A stretch of 64,000 bases of DNA. Origin: an uncultured Acidobacteriota bacterium. GTDB lineage: Bacteria; Acidobacteriota; Thermoanaerobaculia; UBA5066; Gp7-AA6. The notes beneath the pieces are model-generated. The model saw nothing but the letters and a program-made list of their open reading frames with translations. It was not told the DNA's origin and did no database searches. Every line of letters begins with the position of its first letter. Position 1 is the first letter of the stretch. Positions 55,927-64,000 of the stretch are shown here, in pieces. Made by a program: the position numbers and the translations under genes. The DNA lies in contig CAVTYD010000003.1 in the NCBI GenBank assembly GCA_963738945.1, positions 130,583 through 194,582 on the forward strand. Reading direction: 5' to 3'.

Positions 55927-57556
55927 CTATCTCCTCAGACGCACCAGGGACAGCGAGTCGAGACCCTCGCCCCGGCCGAGCGCCGCCGCCACGACGTTGC
56001 CCCGGAACACGGGCCGGCGATCGACGACCTCCCAGCGCACCGGCAGGCCCTCGAGACGCTTCTCGTCGGCCGTCCAGAGCACGAGGAATCCCCGAGGGTG
56101 CCGGAGCTCCGCCGACAGACGCGACGGATCCGAGATCATCGTCCAGTCGAAGCCGGAGGCGAACGCGATGCTGTTGAAGTTGTTTCCGTAGAGAAAGCCG
56201 TCGCAGGCGCCGAGACACTCGGCCCGGACCCGCTCTCCCCACGCGGCGAGCGGGTCCCACCGGGAGAGGCGCAGATCGAGGTCCTGCAGCGCCGCGAGTA
56301 GGAGTCCCGCCGCCAGTACCGCGGCGAAGGGAAGCCTCGAATTCTCGGGGCGCGCCGCGGCGAAGACGAGGACGGCGCAGAGCGAAAGCAGTGCGAGCCC
56401 GATCAGGACCGCGGGCGCTCCGGAACCCGACAGCTCGCCCAGGCGGTGGCCCGCGCGAAGCACCAGCGCGAGGCCGGCGGCAGAGACGAGGGAGGCGGCC
56501 GCCCAGCCCGCGCGCCGCCACGCCCGACTCGCCGCCGGCAGGAGACCCAGCTCTTCGCCGACGAGCGCCGCCACGGCCGGAAGGACGGTGACGAGGTAGA
56601 CCTCGCGCTTCATGACGAGGCAGGACCAGAACACGATCCCGAACGCGAACCAGCCGGCGAAGACGCCCGGGCGCCGGCGCGCGCGCCAGGCGGCCGGCAG
56701 GAGCACGGCCCAGGGGAACGCCCCCCAGGCGAGGATCCCGAGGTAGTACAGAGGACCGCGCGTGAACTGCATGAACTTCGGCGTCGCGCCCCGGAGAAAC
56801 TGGTTCTCCCAGTAGAAGACCCGCCAGAACTCCGGGCCGAGACGACGATCCATGGCCACGTGCCAGGGAGCGCACGAGCGCGACGAGGGCCGCCGCCGCC
56901 CAGGCGCCGCGCGCCAGGAAGCGCGTCGGAGCCCGGCGATCCAGCACGAGCCCGGCTCCGACCGCGCCGACCGGAAGCGCAATGCCGACGAGGCCCTTCG
57001 CATAGAAGGCGAGGGCGAGCATCGCGCCGGCGAGGAGGCCGGCTCCCGCGTCGGAGAGATCGGGCTCGCGAAAGGCTCGATCCAGTGCTCCGACCGAAAG
57101 CGTCAGCGCGAGGACGAGGAACGCGTCCGCGGCGAACGTCGAGGACACGGTCCAGAACTGAAACGAGAAGAGAAGGATCAACCCGGCGAGCATGCCCGCG
57201 CCCGGGCCCGACCGGCGCCCCGCCCACACCGCGACGAGCAGCGCCGTGACGAGACCGGCGATCACGCCGGGCAGCTTGGCGGCGGCGGGGGTCGCGCCGA
57301 GCACGCGGTACCCGGCGGCGAGAATCCAGAAGGTCAGCGGCGGCTTGTCGAGAAACGGGCGGTTCTCCCAGTACGGAACGAGGAAGTCTCCGGTCGCGAG
57401 CATCCGGACGGGAGGACTCGCATACATCGCCTCGTTTCCGCGCTGCAGCGTCGCGGACCCGAGCCGCCCCACGTAGACCCACGCGACGACCAGGAGCGCC
57501 GCGAGCACGAGAACGCTCGAAACGCCGTCGAGGCCCGAATCCCGCTCGCCGCTCAT
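55927..57556 (-). CDS. GT-C glycosyltransferase, family 39 / ArnT-like (frame-disrupted near 56872 as read)
   Basis: ATG 57556 gives an ATGA overlap with the upstream stop. N-terminal half (ASPPVRMLATGDFLVPYWENRPFLDKPPLTFWILAAGY...) is in the frame of ORF 55895..58552. Sense continues (CAPWHVAMDRRLGPEFWRVFYWENQFLR...) in the frame of ORF 55927..57003. Confidence 0.8.
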
Positions 57557-58692
57557 CGCGGCAGGTCGAACTCTCGGCGGAGCCGCTCGCCGTCGGCGTC
57601 GAGCTCCGGGGGGAACCGAAGCCGCGGCTCCCCGCCCTCGACCCGAATCGGCGACGCGACGAAGCTCACGCCCCTCGCCTCGAGGACGCTCCCGAGGGCC
57701 CTCGCCGTGTCCGAGCGGAGCGCCTCGAGCGGCCCGCGCACCGGTCCGGCCGGGATGCCCGCCCGGCGACACCGCTCGACCCACGTGGCGCGCGACTCTC
57801 CCGCGAACACGGCGGAAAGCTCGCGCTCGAGCTCCTCCCGGCGCGTCACGCGCGCCTCGTTGGTCGCAAAGGGACCCTCCCCCGCCCACTCCGGCCGGCC
57901 GACCAGTGCGGCGAGACGCTCGAACTGGGGGTCGGTGCCGACGCCGAGGACGAAGGCGCCGTCCGAGGCCTCGAAGGTGCGATAGGGAACGATCTGCGGA
58001 TGCGCGTTGCCGTGCCGCCTCGCCTCGTCGCCCGTGAGCAGCGCCGACTGCGCGACGTTGATCAGCGAGGCGAGCGTGGACGAGAAGAGGTCGACCTCCA
58101 CGTGGCGGCCCTGTTCCGGGCGCCCGCGCCCGGCGAGCGCCGCCAGGATCCCGATCGCCGTGTAGCAGCCCGCGAGAAGGTCCGAGACCGCGATGCCGAC
58201 CTTCGTCGCCTCGCCGTCGGCTTCTCCGGTGATCGCCATCAGGCCGGCGCCCGCCTGGGCGAGCAGGTCGAAGCCCGGGGCCGAGGACTCCGGACCCGTC
58301 CGGCCGTACCCGGTGATCGATGCGGTGACCAGGCGCGGATTCGCGCCGCGCAGCTCCGCGAGCGACAGCCCGAACTTCTCCAGGCCTCCCGGCGGGAAGT
58401 TCTCGACGAGCACGTCGGCGCGTCCGGCCAGACGCCGCACCGATTCCGCCCCGGCCGCCGTGGCGAGATCGAGCGCGATCGACTCCTTGTTGCGGTTGAT
58501 CGCCAGGTAGTACGCCGAGAGCCGCGTCGGCGCGTGATACGGCGGTCCCCATCCGCGCGTGACGTCTCCACCCTCGGGATGCTCGACCTTGACGACCCGG
58601 GCGCCGAGATCGCCGAGCATCATCGTGCAGAAGGGACCCGCGAGCACGCGCGACAGATCGAGGACGAGCACGCCCTCGAGAGGAAGGCTCAC
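57553..58692 (-). CDS. CoA transferase, family III (CaiB/BaiF)
   Basis: Last 379 codons of ORF 57553..59268. GTG 58692 gives a GTGA overlap with the upstream stop. VLDLSRVLAGPFCTMMLGDLGARVVKVE, ENFPPGGLEKFGL, GFDLLAQAGAGLM. Confidence 0.9.
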   Translation of the reverse strand: MSLPLEGVLVLDLSRVLAGPFCTMMLGDLGARVVKVEHPEGGDVTRGWGPPYHAPTRLSAYYLAINRNKESIALDLATAAGAESVRRLAGRADVLVENFPPGGLEKFGLSLAELRGANPRLVTASITGYGRTGPESSAPGFDLLAQAGAGLMAITGEADGEATKVGIAVSDLLAGCYTAIGILAALAGRGRPEQGRHVEVDLFSSTLASLINVAQSALLTGDEARRHGNAHPQIVPYRTFEASDGAFVLGVGTDPQFERLAALVGRPEWAGEGPFATNEARVTRREELERELSAVFAGESRATWVERCRRAGIPAGPVRGPLEALRSDTARALGSVLEARGVSFVASPIRVEGGEPRLRFPPELDADGERLRREFDLPR

Positions 58693-60281
58693 CGGCTCGG
58701 GGCGCGCGCGGGACGCCAGCCGAGCGGTCCCGGCAGGAAATGGAAGAGGCCGATCGGAGAGATCGCCACGTCCTCGACTCGCTTCGCCATGGCCCAGTAT
58801 TGATCGGCGCCGAAAATGAAGTCGGCCGGCGGATCCTCGGCCATCCGGAGCGCGACCCGCCGATAGAGGTCGAGGCGCCGGGACGCGTCGAGCTCGGTCC
58901 GTGCGGCCTCCATCAGCCGATCCGCTTCGGCATCCTTGTAGAAGCCGACGTTCTCTCCGGACGGGGGCCACTGGCTCGAGTGGTAGTAGGGATAGGGATC
59001 GAGGTTCGGCGGAAAGAAGACGTTGCCGGCGAACTGCACGTCGAATTCGCCCTTCTGCGCGCGCTGCGTGAACGCCGCCCATTCGAGCGGCCGCAGGACG
59101 AGCTCGACCCCGACCTTCTCGTAAGCGGAGCGGAGGATCTCGCCGACGGCGGCGTAGATCGCCTTGCCCGTGGGATACAGCATCTCGATCGACGCCGTTT
59201 TCCCGTCCTTGCGGCGGATGCCGTTCGGCCCGGGCTTCCAGCCCGCCTCCTCGAGCAGCCGCGCGCACACGGCCGGATCGTAGGACGGAGGCGCGAGGTC
59301 CGGCGGATTCTCCGGAACGCCCGGGGGATATGGGCCCGCGACGAGGGCCGCGCCATCCGGCGGATAGAGACGCCGGACCATCTCCTCGCGCGGCCAGGCA
59401 CGCGTGAGAGCGCGGCGCACCCGCGGATCGGCGAGAAACGGGTTGCGGCAGTTCCAGACGAGCAGGGCCTCCATGAACTGCGGAACCCGGAGCGTCCGGA
59501 AACGCTGCAGATACTCGGCCTGCGTGTCCGCAATCTTCTTCTGGTCGCGGCTGACACGGAACTCGTCGAGCTCTCCGCGGAGCCCGGCCTGGTACGCGAC
59601 CGTGGCGTCGGGGATCACGCGAAAGACGATCTCATCCCAGTGCGCGTCGGCGTTGGCGGGACCGTCGCGGCGGACGAGCCGGACGCTCTGGTTCGTTTCC
59701 CACGACTCGAGGCGATAGGGCCCGCTCCCGACCGGATGTCGGCCCATTTCCGCCGCATCCTTCGCGCCGGAAAACGCGGCGCTCGAAACGATCGGGATCG
59801 TGAATCCGAGCATCCGCTCGGCGTACGGCTTCGCGAATCGCACGCGCACGGTCGAAGCGTCGGGGGTCTCGATCGCCGCGACGTCCTCGAACGCGGCGCG
59901 CCAGGTCGGGGCGGCGACCTTCGGATCGCGGACCCGCTCGATCGTGAAGCGCACGTCGTCGGACGTCACGGGCGCGCCCGACTCCCACGTGTACTTCGGG
60001 TCGAGGTGAAACTCGTAGCTCAACCCGTCCGGCGAGACCGTCCAGGAAGCCGCGAGCGACGGCACCGGACGGCGGGCGGCGTCGATCGCGATCAGGGGTC
60101 GGAGGATCATCGCGTCCACCAGCAGCCCCGGCTCCTCGGTGTTCGTCGTCGGATCGAGACTGGCGGGATCGCCGATGAGATGGCGCTGCAGTGTCGTTTT
60201 CGAGGCAGCGGCCGGCGCACGGCCGCAGGCGACGGCCGCCAGCACGGCGAGTCCGGCCAGGAACCGGGAAAGTCGCTTCAT
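58689..60281 (-). CDS. ABC transporter substrate-binding lipoprotein, family 5 (peptide/nickel type)
   Basis: ORF 58689..60305, with the start at ATG 60281 (lipobox LAAVAC). LDPTTNTEEPG..., SWTVSPDGLSYEFHLDPKYTWESGAPVTSDDVRFTIER. Confidence 0.88.
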   Translation of the reverse strand: MKRLSRFLAGLAVLAAVACGRAPAAASKTTLQRHLIGDPASLDPTTNTEEPGLLVDAMILRPLIAIDAARRPVPSLAASWTVSPDGLSYEFHLDPKYTWESGAPVTSDDVRFTIERVRDPKVAAPTWRAAFEDVAAIETPDASTVRVRFAKPYAERMLGFTIPIVSSAAFSGAKDAAEMGRHPVGSGPYRLESWETNQSVRLVRRDGPANADAHWDEIVFRVIPDATVAYQAGLRGELDEFRVSRDQKKIADTQAEYLQRFRTLRVPQFMEALLVWNCRNPFLADPRVRRALTRAWPREEMVRRLYPPDGAALVAGPYPPGVPENPPDLAPPSYDPAVCARLLEEAGWKPGPNGIRRKDGKTASIEMLYPTGKAIYAAVGEILRSAYEKVGVELVLRPLEWAAFTQRAQKGEFDVQFAGNVFFPPNLDPYPYYHSSQWPPSGENVGFYKDAEADRLMEAARTELDASRRLDLYRRVALRMAEDPPADFIFGADQYWAMAKRVEDVAISPIGLFHFLPGPLGWRPARAPSR

Positions 60282-60313
60282 CGGTGACGTCCGACAGAAT
60301 AGCATCCCGTCGC

Positions 60314-61000
60314 ATGGCGACCGTCGTCCTCGACATCGAAACCGCGGGTCACTCGTGGGACTCGCTCGACGACGGGCAGAAGACCTACCTGCGAAAGAAC
60401 GCGCGCACCGACGAAGAGAAGGAGAAGCTGCCCGAGTCCCTGTCGCTCTGGCCGCTCACGGGAAAGATCATCGTCGTCGCGATGCTCAATCCGGAGAGCG
60501 ACCGCGGACGGATCTGGTACGAGAAGACCGACGGCCGCGCCGAAGAGACGTCTTCCGACGGCCGGTTCAAGTTCGTCGGCGATTCCGAGGCGGTGCTCCT
60601 GGCGGAATTCTGGAAGGCGATGCGGCGCTTCCAGCGATTCGTGACGTTCAACGGACGCGGCTTCGACGGACCGTTCCTCATGCTGCGCAGCGCGGTCCTC
60701 GGGATCGCGGCGACGCGCAATCTCGTCGGGTATCGATACGCGATCCGCCCCCACACGGACCTGCTCGAAGCGATCACCTTCTTCGGAGCATCGCGCAAGT
60801 GGAACCTCGACTTCGCCTGCAAGGCGTTCGGCGTCGAGAGCCCGAAGGAGCAGGGAATGGACGGTTTTTCCGTCGGCCCTTACTACCGGGCGGGACGGAT
60901 TCGCGAGATCGCCGCGTATTGCCGCCGGGACGTCGAGGCCACGGCGCGGCTCTTTCAGAAGCTCGAGAAAACTCTCCTCCCGGCCCTGGAAAGCCGCTAG
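60314..61000 (+). CDS. RNase H-like 3'-5' exonuclease-fold protein (DEDD-type)
   Basis: Last 228 codons of ORF 60191..61000, from ATG 60314. VVLDIETAG (Exo I), FNGRGFDGPFL (Exo II), YCRRDVEAT (Exo III-like). Confidence 0.75.
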   Translation: MATVVLDIETAGHSWDSLDDGQKTYLRKNARTDEEKEKLPESLSLWPLTGKIIVVAMLNPESDRGRIWYEKTDGRAEETSSDGRFKFVGDSEAVLLAEFWKAMRRFQRFVTFNGRGFDGPFLMLRSAVLGIAATRNLVGYRYAIRPHTDLLEAITFFGASRKWNLDFACKAFGVESPKEQGMDGFSVGPYYRAGRIREIAAYCRRDVEATARLFQKLEKTLLPALESR

Positions 61001-61079
61001 AAATCGAGCCCGGCGGCGCTATGCTAGGATCCGCGGACATCGCGAATTGAAGGCAGTGAGGAGTCCTACGGAGCATTCC

Positions 61080-61436
61080 ATGCGCCGCAGACCGGCCAAC
61101 GAGAGGGCTTCCGAGCGAATTCGCATCGGCGCTCCCGCTACGCTCAAGTGGGCCGAACAGGAATTGACCGGTTTCGTCGAGGTCGTCAACGTGGCGGGCA
61201 TGTACGTCGCGACCCAGCGCTCGCTTCCGCCTCAGATCGAGCCCCAGCTCGGCGATTACGTGGAGCTCGTGTTCTCGCTTCCCGGCGACAACCGGAGCTT
61301 TCGTGTCCGCGGCAACGTCGTGTTCCTGGACGGAATCGCGCCGCCCGGTCCGAAGCGCCCCGGTTTCGGCGCCCGCTTCGAGCGGCCTCCGGTCACCCTC
61401 CTCGACGCCATCCGCAATTTGAACCGCGAACACTAA
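61080..61436 (+). CDS. PilZ-domain protein
   Basis: ORF 61047..61436, with the start at ATG 61080. RRRPANERASERIRI (RxxxR region) and VNVAGMYV (D/N-x-S/A-x-x-G-like) about 30 aa later. Size is typical of stand-alone PilZ. Confidence 0.7.
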   Translation: MRRRPANERASERIRIGAPATLKWAEQELTGFVEVVNVAGMYVATQRSLPPQIEPQLGDYVELVFSLPGDNRSFRVRGNVVFLDGIAPPGPKRPGFGARFERPPVTLLDAIRNLNREH

Positions 61437-61437
61437 G

Positions 61438-61473
61438 CCGTCGCCTCCGCTTCGCTCGGAGTCTGCGCCCCTC
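61438..61473 (-). repeat. 36-nt two-hairpin element, copy B (inverted relative to copy A)
   Basis: The reverse complement, gaggggcgcagactccgagcgaagcggaggcgacgg, is 34/36 identical to 12975..13010. The adjacent stem CGCCCC/GGGGCG replaces CGCGCC/GGCGCG of copy A. Confidence 0.7.
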
Positions 61474-61566
61474 CGGGGCGAACTACACCGACAGTGCCGC
61501 GCCTCGAGTCCTACCCCTCTCCCTCCAGGGTTGGGGTTAGGCGGGGCTACGCTGCCCCAGGGCGCC

Positions 61567-62046
61567 TCAATCGGGCTTTGCCTGAGTTTGCGACATCGTG
61601 TCGAAGAGGAAGCTGACGAGCGCGTCCGCCTCGGTCACCGCCCCCGTCGCCTGCGAGGTGATGGTCGTCGGAACCGCGTTGGTGAACTCCCACCGAGCGA
61701 GGATCGTGCCGTCGGCGGTCCGCACGACCAGGGCGAGAGCGTGGGTTCCGGGCGCGCCGGTGCTCGTGGCCGAGTTCAGAACGTCCTGAAGCCGGTTCAA
61801 TCCCTTCTGGGTGACGTTGACCGAGATGAGCCGCTGGTCCGCCGAGAAGGCCGTGTTGAGCTGTCGGGAATCGGTCCGGGACACGGTGCTGTGGTTGAAG
61901 TTGATCTGGTAGCCGACGATGCCCGCCTGTACGACGCCGTCGACGAAGAACTGGTAGCTCTGCTCCCGGGGGTCCACGGCTTGAGCCGAGAGGGCCGCCG
62001 CAGCCATCATCAGGACGAGAGCGAGCAAGGCGCGAAATCGGGTCAT
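61567..62046 (-). CDS. secreted protein, function unknown
   Basis: ORF 61567..62091, with the start at ATG 62046 (GGGAGGA SD). Signal peptide MTRFRALLALVLMMAAAALSAQA. I recognise no motif. Confidence 0.6.
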   Translation of the reverse strand: MTRFRALLALVLMMAAAALSAQAVDPREQSYQFFVDGVVQAGIVGYQINFNHSTVSRTDSRQLNTAFSADQRLISVNVTQKGLNRLQDVLNSATSTGAPGTHALALVVRTADGTILARWEFTNAVPTTITSQATGAVTEADALVSFLFDTMSQTQAKPD

Positions 62047-62186
62047 TCTCTGTTCCTCCCTAGACCATGAACGGACCGGCGAGACTAGCATTGTCGGAAA
62101 AGGCGCCGCCGCCTTTCCGAATTCCCGGGGACCGCGCCGGCATTCGCCTTTTTCGCGCCGGGCTAAGATTCCGCCGGGAGGACCGC

Positions 62187-62741
62187 GTGACGCCCGACGA
62201 CATCGCCCCGGAGTTCCGGACTCCGCCGAAGAGCTATGCCCGGCCCGCGCCGATCGACGGCGTCCGGATCCTGCGTCTTCCCCGGTTCACCGACGATCGC
62301 GGCTTCTTCCTGGAGATCTTCCGGTCGAAATCGAACCCGGCCGCCGGGAAGGAGCTCGCGGAATTCTTCCACGGGGTTTCGGTCGCGCAGATGAACTTCT
62401 CGGTCGTGGACGCCGAGGGCCACATCAAGGGACTGCACTACCACCTGAAGCAGGACGACATCTGGTTCGTCCCGCCCCCCTCGAAGGCGAAGCTCGTCTT
62501 CTTCGACGTGCGCCGGAGCTCGCCGACGTTCGGCAAGACGCAGGTCGTCGTGGCCGGCGGCGGAAACGACGTCCTCGTGCGGATTCCGGCCGGCGTCGCA
62601 CACGGCTACCGCCCCCTGACGAATCCGTGCTCGCTGATCTACTTCGTCACGGAGACCTTCGATCCCTCTTCGCCCGACGAGCTACGCATCTCCTGGGACC
62701 ATCCCGCGGTGCGTGATCTCTGGGCGGTGCCGAACGGCTAG
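62187..62741 (+). CDS. dTDP-4-dehydrorhamnose 3,5-epimerase-like cupin (RmlC family)
   Basis: ORF 62067..62741, with the start at GTG 62187 (GGGAGG SD). FTDDRGFFLEIF, QMNFSVV...IKGLHYH, PAGVAHGY. Confidence 0.8.
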   Translation: MTPDDIAPEFRTPPKSYARPAPIDGVRILRLPRFTDDRGFFLEIFRSKSNPAAGKELAEFFHGVSVAQMNFSVVDAEGHIKGLHYHLKQDDIWFVPPPSKAKLVFFDVRRSSPTFGKTQVVVAGGGNDVLVRIPAGVAHGYRPLTNPCSLIYFVTETFDPSSPDELRISWDHPAVRDLWAVPNG

Positions 62742-62750
62742 GTCGGACGG

Positions 62751-63260
62751 TCAGCCGGCCGCGGGATCGGGGACGGGGTTCGCGAGCCGGCGCATCGCCG
62801 CCTCGTCCATCGAGTAGCGCACCCAGTCCGCCGAAGGCGTCCCGCCGAGGCGCTGGTAGAAGCGCATCGCGTTCACGTTCCAGTCGAGGACGAACCAGTC
62901 GATCCGCACCGCTCTGCGCGCGACGGCTTCCCGCGCGAGCGCCGCCATGAGCGCCTCCCCCACGCCGCTTGAGCGCGCCGTCTCCGCGACGACGAGGTCT
63001 TCGAGAAACAGGAACGGGCGCGCGCGGAACGAGGAGCCGAGGCCTTCCCAGAAGATCGCGATTCCCTCGATGCGGCCACCCCTTTCGGCCACGAGACCCT
63101 CGATCTTTCCCGCGTCGAAGAGCATCGCGCCGACGCGCGCGGCCTCGTCGTCGTTCGGCGGCTCCATCCGCTCGAAGCGCGCGAGCTCCCGCTGCAGCTC
63201 CACCATGCGGGGCCAGTCTTCGCGGCGCGCCCGGCGCACCTCGACCGGGGCCGGCGTCAC
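62751..63260 (-). CDS. GNAT-family N-acetyltransferase
   Basis: Last 169 codons of ORF 62751..63863. GTG 63260 gives a GTGA overlap with the upstream stop. LEDLVVAETARSSGVGEALMAAL (acetyl-CoA site), NVNAMRFYQRLG. Confidence 0.85.
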   Translation of the reverse strand: MTPAPVEVRRARREDWPRMVELQRELARFERMEPPNDDEAARVGAMLFDAGKIEGLVAERGGRIEGIAIFWEGLGSSFRARPFLFLEDLVVAETARSSGVGEALMAALAREAVARRAVRIDWFVLDWNVNAMRFYQRLGGTPSADWVRYSMDEAAMRRLANPVPDPAAG

Positions 63261-63790
63261 TTCGTCGCCGCGACCCGGGGAAAATCCACGTAGGACAGCA
63301 GCTTGATCGCCGCATCGCGGTCGACGTTCCCGCCCTGACCGAGCACCAGCCGCGAGGGCAGCACGAGCACGGTGATCAGCGTCGTCGGATTGCCGCTCGA
63401 GCGGTCGGTCACGGCGAAGGCCTTGAGTCCCGCGATCATCACGTCGCGCGTCTCCACGCCCGGGTGCGACGCGGCCTCCGTCATCGCCTGACGGAGCGCG
63501 GCCTCGAGGTTCTTGTCCTTCCCGTAGTCCTGGACGACGAGCTGGAACTGGCGGGTCACCGTCGGGCTCTCGATCCGCTGGAAGAAGCGCGCGACCTGGG
63601 TGAAGACGCCCATCTCGTTCTCGTCGGTATCCGGCAGCGGATCGGTCGGCGCCGCGGCGTAGCCGGGCAGCTCCTTCGGCAGCCCGTCGGCGAGCGAGAG
63701 CGGCCAGGACACCTTCTTCTCCGCCTTGTCCTGGGCGGCCGCGGTCAACGCGAGGCCCATGAGAAGGGTGCCGGCGAGGATCTTCCTCAT
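63257..63790 (-). CDS. secreted protein, function unknown
   Basis: ORF 63257..63811, with the start at ATG 63790. Signal peptide MRKILAGTLLMGLALTAAAQ. Confidence 0.65.
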   Translation of the reverse strand: MRKILAGTLLMGLALTAAAQDKAEKKVSWPLSLADGLPKELPGYAAAPTDPLPDTDENEMGVFTQVARFFQRIESPTVTRQFQLVVQDYGKDKNLEAALRQAMTEAASHPGVETRDVMIAGLKAFAVTDRSSGNPTTLITVLVLPSRLVLGQGGNVDRDAAIKLLSYVDFPRVAATK

Positions 63791-63811
63791 CGCCGAAACA
63801 GGATAGCGCAT

Positions 63812-63820
63812 TGATACAAT
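63812..63820 (+). promoter_or_regulatory. extended -10 promoter candidate (TGaTACAAT)
   Basis: TG-a-TACAAT at 63812-63820, 17 nt upstream of GTG 63838, in the divergent gap between 63790(-) and 63838(+). Confidence 0.35.
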
Positions 63821-63837
63821 TTCGCCAGACTCCCGCC

Positions 63838-64000
63838 GTGAAGGACGAACCGGCCCCCCGCATCCGCGTCTATCTCAACGACCCTCGGGGCCGGGGCGAC
63901 CACCTCGTCGAGACGGCCCCGCCGCAGAACGTCGAAAAGGGCCCCTGGGGATTCCGCATTCAGGGAACCGCGCCGGCACCGAAGGCCTACGCTCCGGACA
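63838..64000 (+). CDS. partial ORF running off the right edge, function unknown
   Basis: GTG 63838 opens a stop-free, high-GC3 frame (VKDEPAPRIRVYLNDPRGRGDHLVETAPPQNVEKGPWGFRIQG...) to the window end. Not in the ORF track because it is unterminated. Confidence 0.3.
   Translation, partial: MKDEPAPRIRVYLNDPRGRGDHLVETAPPQNVEKGPWGFRIQGTAPAPKAYAPD

Noticed and set aside
60774-61433. 219-aa minus-strand ORF starting 10 nt after the GGAGG of repeat copy B.
   Set aside because: It is entirely antisense to the PilZ and exonuclease genes, which both have clear motifs. Its translation is charged low-complexity sequence typical of a shadow frame.

Overview
Very GC-rich bacterial chromosomal segment with diderm-type gene content (OmpA, TonB_C, beta-barrel OMPs). 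The phylum cannot be determined from sequence alone; Acidobacteriota-like is only a guess. I support about 60 protein-coding genes and found no rRNA, tRNA, CRISPR array, transposase or integrase. Because of the GC bias, nearly every real gene is shadowed by long Arg/Pro/Gly-rich spurious ORFs in other frames. Calls therefore rest on recognisable motifs, signal peptides, SD sequences and ATGA/GTGA start-stop coupling. Layout, left to right: (1) housekeeping glyA, dgt-like, folC, accD. (2) A BtuCDF/FecCDE-type ABC importer. (3) An unusual REC + Ser/Thr-kinase + TonB_C membrane protein with a small coiled-coil partner. (4) yebC-ruvC. (5) DUF4388 protein, OmpA-family protein, AI-2E transporter. 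(6) A lone SLH-like secreted paralog and an octaheme cytochrome fused to HEAT/TPR repeats. (7) A roughly 15 kb co-directional sulfatase locus: four C-x-A-x-R sulfatases, three predicted OM proteins, a HAD hydrolase and a two-component system. (8) ftsX-ftsE-gatB and pgeF. (9) The best candidate for an undescribed system: a tandem array of four genes (five modules) encoding secreted proteins with a diversified N-terminal domain and a near-invariant Cys-bearing SLH-like C-terminal module. A small zinc-ribbon ORF precedes the array and a ToxR/CadC-like wHTH-TM-TPR regulator is divergently transcribed. (10) uvrD, glmS, glmU. (11) Miscellaneous genes: ferredoxin, DLH, SprT-like, EamA, GT39, CoA-transferase, family-5 SBP, DEDD exonuclease, PilZ, RmlC-like, GNAT. 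Major caveat: at least 10 single-nucleotide frame disruptions occur in otherwise conserved genes, including glmS and glmU, which suggests assembly indels rather than biology. Non-coding highlights are a triplicated hairpin-bearing intergenic repeat and a 36-nt two-hairpin element present in two distant copies with a compensatory stem change.
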